Source: Ramazzottius varieornatus (Eukaryota > Animalia > Tardigrada). Taken from it: DNA of 64,000 nucleotides. Below the pieces are notes generated by a model. The model ran no database searches, had not been told where the DNA came from, and worked only from the letters and a program-made list of their open reading frames with translations. The stretch's first letter is position 1; each line of letters opens with the position of its first letter. Shown here in pieces: positions 51,625 to 63,711 of the stretch. The DNA is taken from positions 2,897,158 to 2,961,157 of the forward strand of contig BDGG01000003.1 of assembly GCA_001949185.1 (NCBI GenBank), given 5' to 3'. The position numbers were made by a program, and so were the translations under genes.

Positions 51625-52838
51625 ATGATTATTGGTCAAGAAGACTTGGGAGAGTCTTTTCATACTCTCCCGAGGAATCGTACTCTTCATCCGTGTCCTG
51701 GTGAAACTGGCGTCGTTTCCTTCCATCGCAGTGAGGGCGTCGAGCTGGGTCAGGTTCCTGCTTGGGTCCTTCAGCGTCATCGTGCAGGAGGTTCACTTCG
51801 TTGTCGATGTCCTTATTTCCATCATGCTCGGAGCGGGGGTTCCCGGTCCGTCCATATTCGCGCTTGTGCCATCCGAGACAATGAGAGCGCTGCCAGTTAC
51901 CATCAGGCAGTAGAGTGAGAAACGGAGGAAACCGAAGGAGAAACGGAGGAAAACACTTGAAGGAAAATGTGTTCGCACTCCACGCTAGCAGATGCCTCTT
52001 CCAGCACTTTCACGGCGCGCATACGCTTTACGTCCGTATTGGAGAGCGTCTTTCCATGATGGGCAGTATCTCCATCAAGACGAACGCTGCCTTAAGGGGC
52101 CTTATGAAGCTATCAGCTAGTGTTCAGAAAGGTGTTCTGTATAGTCTCCTTGGACATTCACCGGCTCAGCGTATAGTGTTCTGCGACAGTGTTTTCCCAG
52201 AACAGGCTCTGGCAATCACTGAGAAGCATCCGCTTCCTTCTCCGTTGTGGGCTAATTCGTGTGTAGAGGAGATTGTTTTCCGAAACTGCCAGGTGCATTT
52301 TCAGCCTTTGGTACCGGAAGAAGATGCTAGAGGCACCATCGAGAATTTCACGCTTCGTCTGGCTAACCACCTCAAGTCTCTCGATCTTGTCAGCATTGTT
52401 CGAGATGTTCCCGGTTATCGGCCACACGTCCAAGCGTGCGAAAAACATATATCTCTGCCATTGCTGGTGTATGAGAACAAGTTCCGGGGGGTTGTAGGAA
52501 AGGCTGCGAGATTTGTGGTGGAGCGAATGCTTATTTCGTAAGTCGTTCCACAAAGCCTAAAGAAGTTTGCTGTCCCTTTTTGCTTCCTCGTTCTGCTTTC
52601 TTTCTTTCATGTTTGTAACGAGCTGTTTTCCGTTCGCAGTGCACTGCTTTTTGGAACAGCCGTCGGGAAGGACATCGGAGACTGCATTGCGGAAACCGAT
52701 TTTTCGACGTTGAAGCCCTCTTCCCTGTTTCTACTCAGCACTTTGCTCAAATTTTTGTCTCTTGTCCCTCAGGAAGAATTTTCATTCTTGTGTAGTAATC
52801 ATTTCAGCTTGTCTGAGCTTGTGAACCTAATTCGATAA
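51625..52838 (+). CDS. Uncharacterised protein, head-to-head with NASP; 5' end uncertain
   Basis: Putative exons 51625-51914, 51992-52537 and 52640-52838 join in frame across GT-AG introns. No recognisable domain. Confidence 0.45.
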
Positions 52839-52984
52839 AAAAGCTTGGAAAACTGTCCATCTGGAAAACAAGAATAAAAGACAACTAAAAAATGGTTTCC
52901 GGAATATTGAAAAACACGCTCGAATGAGCAAACCTTTGTGCAACTGCCAAGTTATCGATCAACAATTGCCTGTGAGATAGCGAG

Positions 52985-55385
52985 TTAGGCCAGGTGCACT
53001 TCTAACATGAATATATTTCGCAGTTTCTCGTCTTGGTTATCCAGAGACTCGCGCAGCATCTGCGCGTGCAGCCAAGCTTCCTGGCCGTCTCCTCCACTCA
53101 ACGTTACGCAACACACAAGACACTTTGCAGGTGTCAGCCACTTGATCGAGGTAGTTCCCACTTCCGGTACGATGTCCACAACTCGTGGGGCCTCGGTGTC
53201 GGTTGGTCTTGGCCCAGACTCGGGCATATCATAGTCCAGAACAAGCTTTGCGTCCACTCTGCCCGAGTGGAACGTGGTGCCAGGTACCTTCACAGAGAAA
53301 CCATCCATCCACACACCTTAAGTTCCAAAACCAGCGCGTTAGAAGATACCGCGGTACAAAAAGAAAGTCATCATTGCTCTTACCTGAACCCGAACAGTCG
53401 ATTTTCCATGAAATTCGGCCACTGTCGCTTCCTGGTGTCCGAGCCAAGTAAACCATCCTCCAGTCAGTTTCCACTTTTCTTTCAATGTTTTCGAGTTCAA
53501 ACGCAGCTGACGCAAATCCTACAGTGGAAGGTCTAGCACATGGCTACATGCTACGCAATCTGGATCACGCCGGAGCGTTTCAACGGAGTTAACGTCAAAC
53601 CGGAAGTCAAACTCTTCCGGGTACGAACTTACCGTTAGTCCTTTGGGTTCCCCGCAACTGAATATCCGTTACTGGATCATACTGTAAAATCAGCTTCTTG
53701 TCGCCAATCTCTTCTTCCGTAGGGACGATCACGTACGGTTTATGGACATTCCCGCCATTCCGCGCGCCATCCCAGCCCATTTCGCCTCTTGCAAGACGCC
53801 ACGTTAAAGATCCCGAAATCCGACCAGTCTATACAATCATAGCAGCGAGAAAATTCATAGTAGAGCATGCCAAAAGTCTACCTTACCAGCTCAGAACCTT
53901 TCGCGCTACGAGGTCTTAAGAACTCCACAAGTTCTTCAAACCTTCGTTGACGAATAGCGCTCCTCTCCTTCGACGACAGTCTGACTTGCAACCTGTTAGA
54001 TAACTGAGCCATTCTGGACCTGAGCCATGCTTCCGCGACGCGATTCCTTCGTTCTTGCAGCTCCTCAAAGTTAGCGCTGTAACGCCAAGTCACATCGACG
54101 ACTTCATCCTTGGAGAATGCGAAAACGTAAGCTAGCTTCTTTCCCCATCCGGATTCGTATCTGTCAAAACAAAAACAAGGGGATTATCACTCTGGTTTTA
54201 CAGTCATCACTGCATGCTTACATCAACGGCTGATCCAGTGCAGTCTCGCAGGAATCAGCGTGAAGCCACCGTTTATCCAAGTCTGAGTAGACTTCGGTCC
54301 ATACATGATCCGCGTTATCTTGGACGTACCTCGCTTCGAACCCTAACGCTCGACAACACGCTGTGAAGCAGTTCGCCCATTCACCGCAGCGACCTCTTCT
54401 CGTATCCAACAGCTTCCTCACATCGTTGTATCGCGGAAAACGCAGAACTGCTCCACAGCCACGACAGCGGAATATTTCAACTCGCGAAGCCTGATACGTA
54501 CTGTCTTCCGCTGTCGGGAAGAACAAGTGTAGAGTGGACTGTGTCATAGGCAGCGGGTCGCTCTCGCTTCCGCAAGTATCGCACTTTGAGTTGTTCACCC
54601 ACTGGAAGAACTCTTGCTTGAACCACTTCAACAGCAAGTACAACATACAGTTTTTGACAGCCGCTGAGCGTTGGTCCGAAGGGAGGTTCGCAAATTCATC
54701 GTTACTTTGCACAAGTCCTTCAGCTTCGGAAGTCAGACGTACGACCGGTAATCGTTTCCGTATTTCGGCTTGCAACGCTTGGTCCTCGTAGCGAAGAACT
54801 TGTCGAGTGAAGGACAACATTTGAGCTTGGAAGGCTTTTTGGTGTTGAGCGTGGACTGGATCGGGAAAGGGCGTTGTCGCACATGCCTTCGTAAGAGATG
54901 GCTGTGTAGCATTGGTTGCAGGCGGATTGGTCGGAGTAGACTGGTTAGGGTTTCCAGAAAAAGATGACGGGTGTTCTTTAAGCGCGGAATTTATTATAGC
55001 ATGCTGTATAGCGTTTCGCGCTTGGGCCACGGCAGTCATAGATGTTGTTACAGGGAAGCATAGATGCTCATTAGAGCTGGAATCTTCCTCGAATCCGACT
55101 TCGAATAGTAAGTCAAGCACGCCAGGAACGTCCACTACGTTACCGAGAAACGAGCTGGATGCGATGTTCAACCTGTTTGAAAATTGTCAGGTCGGAGCTA
55201 GAATGTCCACATGAAACCACATAAGCTATTCAGCAACCGGAAGTCGCTCCTTACCTGCGAAACTTGGAGTCTTTCCGATACTGCGTCCTCAGTAGATTGT
55301 TGAACACTTGTAGCAGGATCGAGGATGCTCGGCTGAAGTCTTCATGTTCCGCTTCCAGAAAGGCACGCAGACCTACTCCGTGCAT
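52985..55385 (-). CDS. NGLY1: Peptide:N-glycanase (PUB-transglutaminase-PAW)
   Basis: PUB-like N-terminus (LFEVGFEE), LLKWFKQEFFQWVN, RFPRYN, GRCGEWANCF, DHVWTEVYS, WLHADSCE, YESGWGKKL, PAW KVETDWRMVYLAR. Confidence 0.97.
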
Positions 55386-55785
55386 GCTTATTCTTGGGGA
55401 AGACAAAGTGGTGATCCAAACGATGCTGAGAATTCGAATTCGCGAAAAGTGCGTCAGGAGTCAGGACTTTCAGGAGCATTGCGATAAGACGCGAGCGATC
55501 GATAGAAAGTCTACAGTAAACATACATACTGTTGTAGCTGTCCGTTTACCATAATATGACATGTCACTGAATGACATACGGTAGCGTTCACCGACTTGAG
55601 TCCTTTGTTTCCTTTGATTTCCACAAACTAACACATAATCATCTCCCCCGGCTTTGCATAGCCAAAAAATAAGTAAAAAGTAGCTGCTTCTCTGTAGCAA
55701 AAACAAAGCTAGAAAACGAGCTGAAAACCGAAACGGACCGCATTATCAGTATGGCCGCCGTAGACAATTAGCGCGAAGCATACAT

Positions 55786-58253
55786 TCACGAACCATCAAG
55801 ACTCTCAGTCTGTGCATCAGGGGAGAGCATAACGAAATTCACTGGATGAGCCGGCCGGACGTGGAAAGGCTCAGCAGGTAGAAGGTTTCCGGAAGAAGAC
55901 AGGTACAGGATGGGAGGACCTAACTCGTGCGCAGCTGCCAGGTTTCCGTTGCCGTACGTACTTCCGGCAAACGAACTTGAAGCATGGGACTCACTCGGTC
56001 GAGCTTCCCTGCTGGTCATGGAGTGCAACTGGTGGAACAGACCAAGCTGACTAGTTGCAGTTGCTGTCTGAAAGAATACAAACTCTTGAACGACCATACT
56101 CTGTTGCTGGTTGCGCAGATACCGTTACCGTTGGGCCTCTGCCACTTCCGCTTCGGGCAGACGATCTTCGCGAAGTGGACGGGTAAGTGCCATCAAGAAC
56201 CACTTCTCCGGGCGCTCTGTCAATTCTTTGTGTATAATCAGCCACAAAATTTTCTTCACTCGAGTTCTTCTGTAAAGAAGAGACGCACTAGCAAATACAA
56301 TACACGAGACTAGCATGATGGGACGGAAGTGAAACGTACCGTATGGCCGTCTACATGCAGTTTGTGGTTGCGCCGAACTTTCGTGCTGTAGTTGCATAGA
56401 TCACAGGTGTAGGTGATATTCGCATGCTTGACATCCATGTGCCGCATCTTGGTCTTGTATACTTTGAATTTTTCATGGCATAGGTGGCATTCGAAACGTC
56501 TTTTCCCTTCGTGAACTACCGCGACATGCTCGCGGAGGCATTCCGGGACCTTGAATTCCTTAGCGCAGTGTTTGCACCTGGAAAATTATAATTCGAAGTG
56601 ACGATAACCGAGCAGTAGAAAGGGCTTAACGCCTACTTGTAACAGTCATCGGGAAGCTTCCGGAAGTCGGAAACGGGACGGTGATGTGCCATATGGCGAA
56701 CCATGTTCAGCCATATCTTGCATATTTTAGCGCAGTCTGGACAGCGAAAAATACGTTCTCCGGCACCTGAACAACAAGGTCCACGGTTATCAGAGCAAAC
56801 TGCGAACGAGTCAGAGTGCATTTACCATTTTCAGCATGGCACTGTAGGTGTAATTCCAGCTCTTCGTTACAGGTGACGTAAGTATTCGGACATCTCGGGC
56901 ACTTGACCGTTAGCAGATCAGCTTTCTTCCGCTTGCGATTATTCTTGCCCTTCCTCTTCGCTTTAACATTCTCACTGATCCTAGGAGTTACTCCGACTTC
57001 GCGATCCGTGGGTGAGGTGGCTCCTTGGACAAGGTTGTGTGTTTCAAGGTGAGCTTCCGGTTCGCTGATCATGTCCTGCGGCTGTACTTCTTCCGGCTGT
57101 GCATTGCTCGGTGACGAAGCTAGATGCAAATAACAAAATTACATCAAATTAGCTAACTGAAAAGTGGGATAGCCCGAGACCTACGAGTGCGATTCTCCGC
57201 GCTCGGAGATTCTTGTCTCAGTCGAGGACCTATTTTCTTCGTAGAGTCCTCGAAGTTGAATAGCGCCATGACTTCCTTCACGCCGATCAACGACCGAACC
57301 ATCAGCTCCCGACCAGTGATTGGATTAGGATTCCTTCCGAAAGCCAGATGGAATGCGGAGTACCCCTTACTACAAACCGCGAACGAAGTTCGAAGATAAT
57401 GCAAAAACCCATCAAGTCTGACGTCCCAGTTCTCGGGGTGTGCGGAGACAAACGTCAAAAGATCACTTCCTAAATTTGTGTAGTTCACGGTGCGCTGCTT
57501 CAGCAGTTTCGCTATGCGAGAGAACGCAATATGCTTCGGAAGAGGATTCACGGGATCGGACTGCGCGAACAAAGAGGCTTGTGCGGGAGAGAGACCTTCG
57601 AATCGACACAATAGAGTACCCAGATTAACATTTTGTACAATTGTCAGTTATGCGAAATCCAACCGACGAACCTTCGGCATCACAGATTACTTGGCCGTCA
57701 CTATCTAACGCCATTCCTCCAGTTGTCACGCCCGCGTTCATTCCACCAGGAGGATCTCGAAGACGATAAACATGCTCAGCACCGTGGCGTCCGTGAGTTA
57801 CGTGGTTATTACGGTCCATCTGACCCATCCCTTGCGGAAAGTCATTTTGCATGTCCAGAACGGATTCAAGACTTCTGGCTAGCTGAGCACAAAAGTCAGG
57901 CTTCTGTCCCACGACACTCATCTCTGTTCGGCCGAATCGAGCGAGAAGTGATAGAGCGAAGCGTGCAATTTGATCCGTGTTGCACTGTGATAATGCTCGT
58001 GCTTCCGTCCAGTATGTAGAAGGGTCCACCGCGAATACGAGGTAGCGACTGCCATCTGTTGTTGTTGAGAAAGGTCCCAGGATCTCCAGACGCACCTGCG
58101 AAGAATGCAGTTCAGAGTTCGTATTGTGGAATTTCCGAGGAATGTGGAAGAGATCAGCGGATGAACCAATTAGGTCCTAATTGTTTGATTAGCTAAGCAT
58201 ACCTTCTTCCAAATCGTAGGTATCGCCGCTGCATACACGAATAACCCCTCCAT
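55786..58253 (-). CDS. Domesticated Gypsy/Ginger-type integrase core fused to multiple C2H2 zinc fingers
   Basis: WKKVRLEILGPF...RYLVFAVDPSTYWTEARAL...LLARFG and HPENWD..LRTS..YSAFHLAFGRNP. At least five CxxC..HxxxH fingers follow. Spliceosomal introns are present; no LTR, gag or RT nearby. Confidence 0.8.
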
Positions 58254-58342
58254 CGTGCGATGCCCGCAGTCGATCTCCCACTTGTAATGTTCGAAACGTT
58301 TAAAAGTCGGCGATGTCGTATTGTCCGCAATCAACAGGTGTG

Positions 58343-58577
58343 CTGTGGGCAAGGTTTCTCAGAAGTCTGGGGTCATGGGGTAGAGGCACAGCTGATGGAA
58401 TTTAACGAGGTCTGGGGGGGTTTCAGGTTTTTCTTGAAATTGCTTGGCCTTCAGAGTCCAGGCCCTCCACATGGCAGGCCCCGGCCCCTACCCTTGAGCT
58501 ACCATGGCCCTTGTCCAAAGTTCATCGATTGTGTCCCTACGCCGTGACCCCAGACTTCTGAGGAGCTCTGCCCAGAG
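58343..58577. repeat. Imperfect inverted-repeat (MITE-like) element
   Basis: Perfect 18-bp IR CTCAGAAGTCTGGGGTCA (58358-58375 / 58545-58562) within ~55-bp imperfect arms. Confidence 0.65.
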
Positions 58578-58884
58578 CTTCTCGTGGCGTAATTACTAAA
58601 TCCTGGTCCTGGACCCCTGGTTAAAAAAACATGAACATATTTCAAGGTGTCAATTAGCTGTGTGGTAATTGCAATATCTCAAATAGACAGCAACGCAGAA
58701 TTATTTCAGACGCAACACTCGATCATTCAGTCAACGGGGTGCCACTGTGTATCGTCAGAAATGTTTTGATTTCCCACCTTTGAAAATTTTTAATTTCAAA
58801 CTTCTCTCACTTCGCAGACATCTCATCGTCCGAGACGGAAACTTCCGCGACAAGTTGCGTGCTTATTCCAAGGAGTCTTCGATC

Positions 58885-60817
58885 ATGGCCTCTTTCCGGG
58901 AGCCGAAGTACTCGTTAGTGGAGTTCTTTGAGCGTTCTACTGAAGGATCCAAATGTGGCTACTGTGGAGCAAAGGACAGAAGCTATTCCACTGGCATGTG
59001 GGGCTATCGTCTCACGGTTATGGACTACCAGCATCTGCTACACCGAGGATGGTAAGTATGATTCGGTCCATTACAGTTTTGGTACATGAAGGAATATGAC
59101 AGAGTGACAGTCTGTCGTATGACAATGTTCAGTATGTTGGCAGTATTCTTTCACATAGGCGGAGGAGTGGGAAGTATCTGTACAAACCCATCATGCACCA
59201 GACATGTTGTCCACAATACGCCATCCGATGTAACGCTCTCGACTTCCGACCTTCAAAGTCGCACAAGAAAGTCATAAAAAAGATGTACAAGTTTCTGGCC
59301 ACCGGTGCGGGAGACGAGAAAATTGGACCAATGAACTTTGGTAAATATGCGATAGTGGAACTGGAAGAGTCCACGTATCTCTTTTGCGACATGTGTAATG
59401 TTCAGATTTTTGTTTTTGCGTTCTCAGATCAGTCGCACAAGAAGACAGGTCCTTCGGACGACAGTGAGGACGAAGCGGACGAAGAGGGGGACGTGGAAAT
59501 GGACTGCATCCAGGTGGAACCTGGAATGCACATGGAAGACCCGAGAAACAAACCCGATCTAAACGAGGTGGCCAGTCCACACATATCAGATACTCCTGCG
59601 CCCGCTGTTGAACCCGATAGTACATCCCGGACATCAGTACGAGCAAGTAGAGATACACCCAGGGAGTTTCCAGCTTTTGAGACCAAATGCAGTAAACCCC
59701 AGCAGTTTCAAGGACCGCAAATGAAGAAGAAAGACTTCCGACGAGAACGAGCCCGACAGAAGCTACTTGACAGAGGTCTGGACCCCGACGTTGAACTGAC
59801 GAAACGACAGGCTACTTCATCATTTCCACCCAACATGGCCTCCCTTCTAGATAGACCTTTGCCCGAGAACTCAAAGCACGTCTTCCGGACACGCTTAGTC
59901 ATGCTCGATGCGGACAAAGATCCCTATTTCGAAAGTTCCTTCGAAGCCGTTTATAAAATCTACCAAATGTACGAGTTGACGATCCACAGCAGGGAGGCGG
60001 AAAGACCTACAGTGAAGCAGTTTTCTCGGTTCTTGGCTGATAGTCCCCTGCAGTATCAGTTGGGGATGGCGCAGAACACGAAAGAGCAGCCGGTGTATGG
60101 AAGTTTTCATCTACATTACATCCTGGATGACAATCTGATCGCGGTGGACGTCATCGACATACTTCCTGACTGCGTTACTTCGGTGTACTTCTTTTATGAT
60201 CCTGATTATAGATATCTGAGTCTGGGAACGTACTCGGTCCTGAAAGAGATGGCGATGGTTCAAGAACTGAACAAGAGGTTTCCCGAAATCAAATACACCA
60301 GTCTTGGCTTGTAAGTATGTGAGGCAAGTAGGATAGATCGGCCACTGGCCAGAGAGGCGAGTTGACCGGGTGACCGATAAAGCCTTCATGCCTAACTTGG
60401 CCAAAATTCTAAAATGTTACTTTGACTTTGTTTCTTCGTTTCAGTTATGTCCATTCGTGTTCGAAGATGCAGTACAAGGCTAACTTCGATCCGTCGTCTC
60501 TCCTGTGTCCGGAGAAGTATACCTGGCATTCGCTGACGGAAAGTCTTCCAAAGCTTGACATTGCCAGTTATCAACGTCTCGGTGATATGAACGCGGAAGA
60601 CGAAGATGGTAAGGTGTCAGTCAGCAGTACTTTGATCTTGTACAAAAGAGTTCTAATGACTTACGAAGTGTACATTGCGACACTGCGGAAAATTCTTCGC
60701 CCTGCTATAGCGATAGATGTCGAGCAAGCACGGGTGGCGGAATTTGCTTATTTGGTGGGCAAGAAGTGCCAGGGTCGTATGGCTTTGTACTGTGATAACG
60801 CGCCAATTAATCAGTAA
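58885..60817 (+). CDS. ATE1: Arginyl-tRNA--protein transferase 1
   Basis: CGYC, YQHLLHRGWRRSGKYLYKP..TCCPQYAIRC, FSRFLADSPL, YGSFH, SVYFFYDPDY..LSLGTYSVLKE, YVHSCSKMQYK. Confidence 0.97.
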
Positions 60818-61426
60818 GTTGACTGGAGCAGTTTCACCTCTTTTCGGTTGACGGATTCAAAGTTCAGTTGTAGTCTGTGAAATTCGTTGTTTTGTGATTC
60901 ATGTCGTGAAAGACAAAGTAGTCTTTTTGTGTGGCCCGTGAAACAACGGCGATATTGATTTAACTTTTGTAGTATATAGATTCATTTTTCTGGTACAGGT
61001 ACGACGAAAACAAAAACAGCTGTCATCCAGACAAAAACAGCGGTCAATTATGGTACAGGCCTTTTCGCTACGGCAGTACGGAAGCCCATACGTACGCGAC
61101 CGATCCAGAGCACTGATGTGCTGCTGAAGCGCGCGTCTGTCGGAGCATGGCCAGCCAAAACGCGCAAAATTAAAATGGTGGGCCATAAATTTACCGGAGC
61201 CAGGTCTCGCATATAAGAAACCTTGACATCGAATGCCGGTAGAAGTGATTTTTCAAATACTGAGCTAACAGGTGCAGTCAATCAACCGAAGTGTGGTTTT
61301 GTTTCTTTTTCGTACCCAAGCTGCGGTGAGGTTGACTGAATGATCTTACTTTTCGGTCAGGTTAACAGTCTGGTACGTCACAGAATGGTTACGTCATGCC
61401 TAAAATCTGCCCCGCAAATGAACCAC

Positions 61427-61945
61427 TCAGTAAAAGGAAGATTCGCGATGTCTTGCAATTTCAAAATCACGCACGTCCATTTTACGATGTTGAGAAGTGT
61501 CGTCGAACTGGCGACGTTCACTCGCGCTAGCCGTCTTGTTTATCTTCGGATGTTTCCGAAGAGACTCTACCGATTTTAGGTCATGCTCTGGCTCTCGTAG
61601 ATCCACTCTGCCGTCTTGAGGAAAGGAGTTCTCTGAGCGGGAGCGAACCATCTTCGGCGGAAGGTTTTCCGCCACGCTCTTGTTCCTGCCGTTGTGTCTG
61701 CAGGATCTGTCAATTCGGTCCATGAAGCTAAATCCCTTGTTGCGATATCGCTTGTTCTTGGAAGGATGCTTAGGTCGCCCCACGGAGCGAATGGAGTTGC
61801 TGAGAGATATTCTGGCCACCGCTTTCTTAGGAACGGAAGGTGTATGAAAATCATCTCGGGCGCTTGGAGGAGTCGTCGGAGCGGAGAGTTTCAAATCGAC
61901 TTTGGTGTAGTAATGTACCTTCAAATGCGGATATTTCTCTGTCGA
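61427..61945 (-). CDS. Probable terminal exon of an uncharacterised basic, disordered protein
   Basis: Long open frame (part of the 225-aa ORF) rich in R/K/S. No recognisable domain; upstream exons not resolved. Confidence 0.35.
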   Translation of the reverse strand, partial: STEKYPHLKVHYYTKVDLKLSAPTTPPSARDDFHTPSVPKKAVARISLSNSIRSVGRPKHPSKNKRYRNKGFSFMDRIDRSCRHNGRNKSVAENLPPKMVRSRSENSFPQDGRVDLREPEHDLKSVESLRKHPKINKTASASERRQFDDTSQHRKMDVRDFEIARHRESSFY

Positions 61946-62186
61946 ACAACACAGAAAATCTGTCACATTACCGAAAGATAAGCTTGGTGCTCGATATCGT
62001 TTGAATCTGCTGTATCTTGACATCCCGAGCAGTAATACGTTTTGATGTTCTCCACCATACCTACTGTGACATCCACACAAGCTCCATGAAACCATCCATC
62101 GCAACTCTCACATCCGCTGCGAAACATAAACACTTGCTGTTATAAGCGGAAACGTCGGTAAAAAGATGCACGATGTTCAAAAACTA

Positions 62187-62300
62187 GGAACTCGTCGAAC
62201 TGACTCGAAAAAATCGTTTCCAAGTGACGCACGTGACCAGCCAATAATGCCAAGAACGTGCGCCACTTGGGAAAACAATCTGGTCGAATGTTTTGTCGAT
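62187..62300. repeat. Palindromic repeat family copy
   Basis: CCAAGTGACGCACG..AGCCAATAAT..CGTGCGCCACTTGGGAAAAC. Confidence 0.85.
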
Positions 62301-63628
62301 GCCATTTTGTTTGGAAATCACGAAGATATCAACGTTAGCGCCAAGGGTGTGGATTACAGGTGTGATGCGCCATGAAAAGTCGCCGCATTTGAACTAGGAG
62401 GAGTTGTGCACGCGCTAGGTACAAGTGCAACCAATGACTTGTCCGTGCACACGTTGAGTCATTAAATCGAGCCGTGACTCATGCAGCCCGTACCCTTCAT
62501 GCGTCCCCGGTCGAGTCGCGCATTGATCCGGTTTACAGATCCTTTTATTGCGCCACTGTACCATCACTCACCACCCGCGTGAACTCGCGCAGCGAGAAAG
62601 CCTGAAAATTATCCACAACATTCACCCATTAACCTGCGTAGGTCCTCCCAATTTAATCTGACATTGCTGTGAGGGGACGGTCTTAATTGCGGAAAGGGTT
62701 ACGGGTGTTAGAAGTACTAAATTATCTCTCTCTTTCAAGCCTGATGAAGCCGACTATCCAGTTTCCGTCCGCAAGAGGCTGCCTTAACGTCAGGAAGAGA
62801 CGATAGCACAGACTTTCTGGAGGGGATGCTCAGCTGAAAACAGCCGTCCTGTGGTAAACCGTAACTGGCAATCGCACGAGAAGACACGTAAACCTGTTCC
62901 GTTCTCAGTAATAATAAGACATTTCAGAGAAGACATTTCTGACACAATCGAAGAGGCACTGTTCTATTGAAAAAAATCTCGTCGGAAAATTTGAAATTTC
63001 CGAAAAGCGGTAAATGTTTACCGGAAACCATCAAGGTCTCTATGTTAGGACTTCAATCAGCCAAACACAATGTGTCGACATGATTTACTCGACTCGAAGG
63101 ATGAGTGCAAGCGTGGCTCGGCTGTGACTTAAACGAGTGCGTGTCACGAGGTTTTACTGGCCAATACGGCAACCCACGTGACTTCGTCTTGCGCAAATCC
63201 CACCTGTAGTGTGGATGACAAATGCTGCCATTTTCACAGCTGATTTCGCCAGCTGTCAACTTTCTGAATTTCATCGGTTTTACAAGGCGACTGTCCAACC
63301 CTAATCTGACATCAGAAATTCGGGAACACTCAATTGCTTGGCATATCGAACATGACAACATTCGACACCTCCAAGAAGAATTTGACGAGTGGAGAAACGG
63401 TAAGCAGGACACCTGCTTTAACTGAAGCAAACTTGGCGATGCCGCCAACTAAGCTCTATTTCGTCTACCGATGGGTGGTACTTTTAGCCTCCTGGCCAAC
63501 CCATCCAACATTTTTTATGGATTCTTTTACGGCCCTAGTTCTTAGTTCGCGAGGCGGGTCAACTTGGCCGTTTTAGAAAGTTAAGATCAGCTCTTGATCA
63601 TCCCGCTACGGGGGAAGATCAACTGATC

Positions 63629-63711
63629 NNNNNNNNNNNNNNNNNNNNNNNNNNNNNNNNNNNNNNNNNNNNNNNNNNNNNNNNNNNNNNNNNNNNNNNN
63701 NNNNNNNNNNN
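63629..63711. other. Assembly gap
   Basis: Run of N. Confidence 1.

Noticed and set aside
42259-60817. RNF41, NGLY1 and ATE1 as a protein-quality-control gene cluster
   Set aside because: They are interspersed with unrelated genes on both strands, and the sequence gives no sign of co-regulation or operon structure.
4383-62300. Palindromic repeats with variable spacers read as a CRISPR-like array
   Set aside because: Copies are dispersed rather than arrayed, the spacers are related to one another, and there are no cas-like genes in this eukaryotic context.
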